A DNA stretch of 63,618 bases, counting the filler, from Licmophora abbreviata (Eukaryota): NCBI GenBank assembly GCA_900291995.1. It is 5 parts of 5 records of this genome, joined end to end, with 100 filler letters (N's around TTAATTAATTAA, not from the genome) between each part and the next. Parts side by side here need not be neighbours in the genome. Positions count along the whole stretch, not along the records: positions 56,785 to 63,618 come from OLMU01003143.1; 4 more parts are not named here. One strand, 5' to 3'. This document shows, piece by piece, positions 58,844 through 63,618 of the stretch (the first letter of the stretch is position 1; each line of letters starts with the position of its first letter). The notes beneath the pieces are model-generated. The model made no database searches. It was not told the origin of the DNA and worked only from the letters and a program-made list of their open reading frames with translations. The translations under genes and the position numbers were made by a program.

Positions 58844-59869
58844 ATGGGGGTTACTAGGGGATGCGCTCCCATGCTATGGACTCTGTCTCTTCTCATACTA
58901 AAACCACCACTGACTGAATCGTTTCTACCAGCGACGAGGACGACAGGTGGCACCATCGCCTTGAAACTCACCAACGCACACGGCACAGGCACAGAGTCCT
59001 TGCTGAACGCATTCGCCTCGAACATTGCAAAGCAGCTTGAAAACTCCTACTCAAACATTGCCTCGTCGCCTTCTTTTCCAAAAGAATTGGCTCCACAGAA
59101 CCTGTTGCCGGAGGTGGAGCGGCTGTCACATTCGGCCATGCATGCGCTGGAGCAGCTTCCCACCGAATACCAAGTTGCCGCTCAGGTCCTCCCCGTAGTG
59201 GCATTAGTGGCACCTTACGTTCAATTAAAAACGCCGCAAAGAAGTGAAGAGGAGATGTACCCAGAGGCAAAAGCTGCCACCTATGAACTCTCTAGTGTGA
59301 AGCTTCCGCTCGAATTTGGAGATCCTGCGTTCGTTCGGCCTCTGCTGAAACAGACGCAATTAGAATACAAGAAGTTGCAGGTTGCGTACGACGCCAACAA
59401 GGATGGCTATGATGCAAGAATTTTTCATAAGAAAGTAGATGGCAAGGGTGCAGCTGTCGTGCTGGCCAAGGCAAATGGGCAGTGGTTCGGTGGATACAAC
59501 CCTAGAGGCTGGGCGTCTTTGGGCGGCAGTCGTCCGAGCATTGCTTCCTTTCTGTTCTACAAGAAGTTCTTTGGTGGGTGGGTGAAATGCAGGGCTTTAG
59601 GGAACGGTGGAATGGCGTGTGGAAATGATTTGTTTGATCGTGGTATCTACTTGGGCGCCGAGGGGCTCGTCATACCGCTGGATGGGGACCGGAGGGTCGC
59701 GTCTCGGTTGGGAACGTACTTTGAAGAACGGCCCAAGGGTCGATTGACTGTTCTCAACAGACCTGGAGAGGACCTCCGCCTTCAGGAACTCAAAATCCTG
59801 GTGGGAGTATACGCTAAAGGAGAGGACATTCCGAATTCAGGTGGTGTGTTGGACTTGGGGCTGTACTAG
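58844..59869 (+). CDS. Plastid-targeted TLDc-domain protein
   Basis: YDANKDGYDARIFHKKVDGKGAAVVL...FGGYNP...SFLF; signal plus TES-FLP. Confidence 0.85.
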   Translation: MGVTRGCAPMLWTLSLLILKPPLTESFLPATRTTGGTIALKLTNAHGTGTESLLNAFASNIAKQLENSYSNIASSPSFPKELAPQNLLPEVERLSHSAMHALEQLPTEYQVAAQVLPVVALVAPYVQLKTPQRSEEEMYPEAKAATYELSSVKLPLEFGDPAFVRPLLKQTQLEYKKLQVAYDANKDGYDARIFHKKVDGKGAAVVLAKANGQWFGGYNPRGWASLGGSRPSIASFLFYKKFFGGWVKCRALGNGGMACGNDLFDRGIYLGAEGLVIPLDGDRRVASRLGTYFEERPKGRLTVLNRPGEDLRLQELKILVGVYAKGEDIPNSGGVLDLGLY

Positions 59870-60258
59870 GAGAATATGATGCGGTGCGATGCCAGACTCC
59901 GGATTCGATGCCTGATATAGCGAATGTAGATACTTTTCGAGATTTTGAATTATGAGCAGTATGCTGCACTAGAATTCAGCGGGTGCCCATGCCGATGGTG
60001 GCTTCTCGTCTCTCTCGAGAGGGTTCTAGCTAGGTGTCTCTAGAGAAGTCGAACCGAATGAGAAAGTTGTGAGCGAATGTGAATGAATCGATATTGATAT
60101 TTTGGACTCATTCGACTATGTTCACTATCTTCGCGGCACAGCGGCACAATTCTCATCATTACTCGACATCATGGCTGTGTGGCTTTCGAATCTATAGTCT
60201 ACGTCGACAGTCCGTTTCGCTCCTTTCAGTAAATTGTTCTTCGACGTCTGCTTCAATA

Positions 60259-62343
60259 ATGTCGAGCGCTGGTGACGAGATCGAAAAGAAAGAGAGCGGC
60301 TCTCTTCGTCTTTCTTCGTCGTCCGGCGAGTTCACCGAAGATGCTCCTCTTTTGCAGCGGGAAGACGGCCGTTCCATCACGGCAAGCGCACATGGCAGTA
60401 TAGGAAGCAGAAACACTTCCGTTGGATCTGTAGCATCGAAAGTCACCGAGCCGATCAAGTCGAGTGCCGAACGGGCAGCTCGAACTGTCGGGAAGTATGT
60501 TCGCCACACATCGGATTCCGTTGGAAGCGGTTTACGCCGAAAGAAAAAGAAGGGTTCCAAGGCGACGACGGACGACCACGGGTCATCTGAAATTGATCTT
60601 TCGGCTTCTAAGCTATCAGATTCAGGGTCGCCCATTAGAGAAGTCAAGTTCGTGGATGAAATGAAATCGCGCGAGTCAGACGTTGCTCCTCCTACGAACA
60701 CTAACGCGACGGAAAGGCCTGTTGCAAAGGTTGTCGAGGTGGGCCCTTTGATGGAAGTTCTTCTTCGTGATACGACGATTCAGATCATTGCTGCGCTAGT
60801 CATTGCCGCGTACCCGACCTGGAAGGATTTTGAGCTGATCCTTGACAATGAAATTCCCTTGCCTGTCTGCTTGGCTTGGATGCTTGTTGCTGCCTCTTTG
60901 GGACAAGAATACGGACGCATGAAAACGGCTCGCAAGGCATCGTCGCGACGTGAATCGTTTGCACCGATCAAGGATCGAGTGCCACATGCTCCAATCGCTA
61001 CCACTCCTGATGATGATGAGATAAGTAGAATGTCCGTCCCCTCGGTGATTGACGTACCACAGGAATACTCCCTTGTTGGAAGAGTCTCCCAAAGATTCCC
61101 GAAATTTCGACTCCGGTTCCGATCTCATCATGATCGGCCCAAGAAGGCTCCTGTCTCCCGAGTCTGGACGACGCTGGGTCGCTCACGATCCAAAAGGAAA
61201 GCGTGGGAAAAGCGGGGCTATGTGCCCGTATCGCAGCCATTGATGGATCAGCTCTTGATGGATCCGAACTATCAACGCAAGTCACTGGCTCTCCTGGTGA
61301 AGGAGGATCGAGAGGAGTATGGCGTCAGCGACTCTACCACAGAAGCTCCCTGGCTGGGGACGTTCGAGGCAAGCCGACTGGACGCGGCCTCCATGGGCAA
61401 GGAAGTGGTTGTGCCGTTGTTTAAGCTCCGGGGAATGGATGTCTTTCTGACGGACGAAGGCGCAGAGGACAACATGGGAACTCACCCGTTTTTGATTGAG
61501 TACGTGAGAGCTTCTGTTTTAGAAGAGTTATTCTAGTAGAAACCCCTCGTGTGCATCTCCTTACCCTTTTCACTCTCTGTTACGTCTCAGGAACGGTCTG
61601 CGCGACAGTCCTACTTGGATCGTGAACATCATGACGCAGTGGGGAAATCTGATGGTATACCTCGAGCTGCCATCGTGGATCAAGGATTGGGACGATATCA
61701 AGGAGCACGATGACGATCCTCAGGATGTCATTTCCTTCAAGGTACACTTCTTGTCTAATCTGCGTTTACTTGTTTTGACCAATTAGTTTTTCTCACACGT
61801 CTTCTCTCACCTTTCTCATAACAGCGGTTTGTCAATGGCGATGACGACTATCGCAATGCTCGACTCTGCATCATGCCACATATCGTCGAAGGTCCCATGC
61901 CGATCCGAGTGCTCGCCCCCAAGGGCAAAGAGCTTCCCGTATCACGCGATCCCCTCCTTCCCGTCGCATGGAAAAAGTACCAATCCGCAAGGAGCAAGAG
62001 CGGACGGATTCTTCACCCCTGTTTGGAGACGGAACTGGACTGCATGTCCAACAAGTCCATGCGCGGTATGGCAGGCATCGTTCGACGCTATATACATCTC
62101 TTGTCTCTGGACATTGCAGCCATTCTTGTGGAACCACCGGGCACTCCTATTGAGGAAGTGCCCAAGGCGTGTATATCGACGTGGAGGTTCGATAAGATTG
62201 ATGTGAGTCAGTGTCCGCAGTTGCCACCGCGGAACGAACAAGAGGAAAGGATGAGCGAGGAACGGCTTGATCTGATTCGTGCTAGTCGGTATGCCGGTGT
62301 AACACCCGAGCAGCTCAAGGAGATTGAGGGAGACCTTCCGTAA
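60259..62343 (+). CDS. Membrane protein with C-terminal EDR2_C (DUF1336) domain, 3 exons
   Basis: Two hydrophobic helices; LRGMDVF, GDDDYRNARLCIMPHIVEGP; introns about 61500-61590 and 61742-61824. Confidence 0.8.
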
Positions 62344-62382
62344 TTCTAGTAGTAGAAGAAGTTGTTGTTGTAAATGATAGCA

Positions 62383-62407
62383 GACTCGACTCGACTCGAC
62401 TCGACTC
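62383..62407. repeat. (GACTC)5 microsatellite between convergent genes
   Basis: Direct reading. Confidence 0.9.
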
Positions 62408-62452
62408 GTACTATATTGTAATAAGATGGCACAACGGCGCACGATCCCGTCT

Positions 62453-63274
62453 CTATTCCGAAAGTGTGACTCTCACAGGAGCTGCTGTTGCTGTTGTGAC
62501 ATCATGCTGTTGTTGTTGTTGCCTTGACGATATGCTGGACAAAATCATGAGCCAAAAGAAGGAAACAAAGGCAATCCAGGGTATTCGGAGATGGACAGGA
62601 ACGACACTAAAGGTCAAGCAGTTGACCGGCACCCAAATGGACCAGTACTTGAACAAGAGTCCCTCTTGTCGTACATGAGCCACGTAGCGTTCGACGCCCT
62701 GAACGAGTCCATTCTGCGCGATACAGGACTTGACCAAGTAGGCGAGGGGCAAACAGAGAAAGGGACTGAGGACGGCCATGTCGAGCGCGACTTGTTCCAA
62801 GACGGTGAGTAAGGACGTGGAGTCTCCAAACAAGGAGGGGTACAAGTCACTAAAGAGCCACTGCTGGGCACATCCTTGGTAGAGTCCACCGTAGAGGAGG
62901 AATGCGAGGTTGCGTTTGACATCGACGTCGTCGGGCTGCTGTGCGTCGTCTTCAGGCTGCTGTTGTGCCACAAGGTCTGCGGCGGAGGCTTTGATACTGC
63001 ACGTGAGAAAGGCTGACACGTAGGGTTGAGACTGATAGAACGTGTCCAGTGTTGCCAAAACGGCATTTCCTTCCATCAAGTGCAGTGCGGAAGAGGATGT
63101 AGTGCTAGTACTTGTACTACCAGTAGCATCACGGGGCAGTACCGGCACCGGTACTCCAGGCAGTCGACGGCGGCGCGGATGCGAGACACTGCTGATGCTG
63201 GGAGAGAATCCTGAGGCACTGGAGGCGAGCAGGAGTACGAGAAAGTTGCTTTTCTCCATCTTGCACACTGTCAT
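62453..63274 (-). CDS. Plastid-targeted Mpv17/PMP22 family membrane protein
   Basis: Signal plus ASG-FSP; KASAADLVAQ, DVKRNLAF, WSIWVPVNCLTFSVVPVHLR. Confidence 0.88.
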   Translation of the reverse strand: MTVCKMEKSNFLVLLLASSASGFSPSISSVSHPRRRRLPGVPVPVLPRDATGSTSTSTTSSSALHLMEGNAVLATLDTFYQSQPYVSAFLTCSIKASAADLVAQQQPEDDAQQPDDVDVKRNLAFLLYGGLYQGCAQQWLFSDLYPSLFGDSTSLLTVLEQVALDMAVLSPFLCLPLAYLVKSCIAQNGLVQGVERYVAHVRQEGLLFKYWSIWVPVNCLTFSVVPVHLRIPWIAFVSFFWLMILSSISSRQQQQQHDVTTATAAPVRVTLSE

Positions 63275-63618
63275 GAAGTCTATCTGATATCAAACCGACT
63301 GACCGACTGACTCTGCGTGTACCAGATACTCGTTGGGATGCATGCTTCAAATAGAAAGAATGGCTGTAAGGAGCAGTAAAGGTGGCCAATGATGTCGCCG
63401 TCGCCCGCTCTTTTTCATTCTGCTGCCACGCAGATGGCGCGAACGGCTGTCACAGTCGTTGGTACTGAATCTACGTGGGTTCTACGCTGTGAGTCATCCG
63501 AGTTCCAATTATTCTGAAATTGGAAACCGCGACCTCGCAGTCACTCGTGTGAGTGTGTGAGTGTGGCTGTGCTGCGATGACCCAAAACAGACTTAAAACA
63601 AAGGGAGGCCCTATACAG

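Overview
Gene-dense eukaryotic nuclear DNA, most likely from a diatom or closely related photosynthetic stramenopile. Support: short GT-AG introns (mostly 70-125 nt), short intergenic spacers, and several bipartite signal-plus-transit presequences with ASAF-type cleavage sites. About 36 protein-coding genes can be supported, including a proteasome-alpha-like protein, SAM carrier, MBF1, a mucin-like TM-PDZ protein, a PPR protein, two DNAJA paralogues, MutS2, ArfGAP, PP2C, PFK, LYRM5, a kinase/EF-hand/cNMP fusion, PP2A-B'', DCAF7, FolC, THF1, PCD, a bZIP factor, two METTL13/EEF1AKMT4-like methyltransferases, an S51 peptidase, and TLDc, EDR2_C and Mpv17 proteins. Four 100-nt scaffold spacers (N-TTAATTAATTAA-N) are artificial. 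I found no tRNA, rRNA, CRISPR array or convincing transposon. The most interesting items are: a probably mitochondrial non-RD kinase fused to EF-hands and two atypical cNMP domains; a signal-peptide-bearing proteasome alpha subunit; a mucin/RxL/TM/PDZ receptor-like protein; a membrane-anchored PFK; DNAJAs with only one zinc centre; and compact cell-cycle-like and bZIP-like promoter modules. All family calls come from motif recognition by eye, not from database searches.
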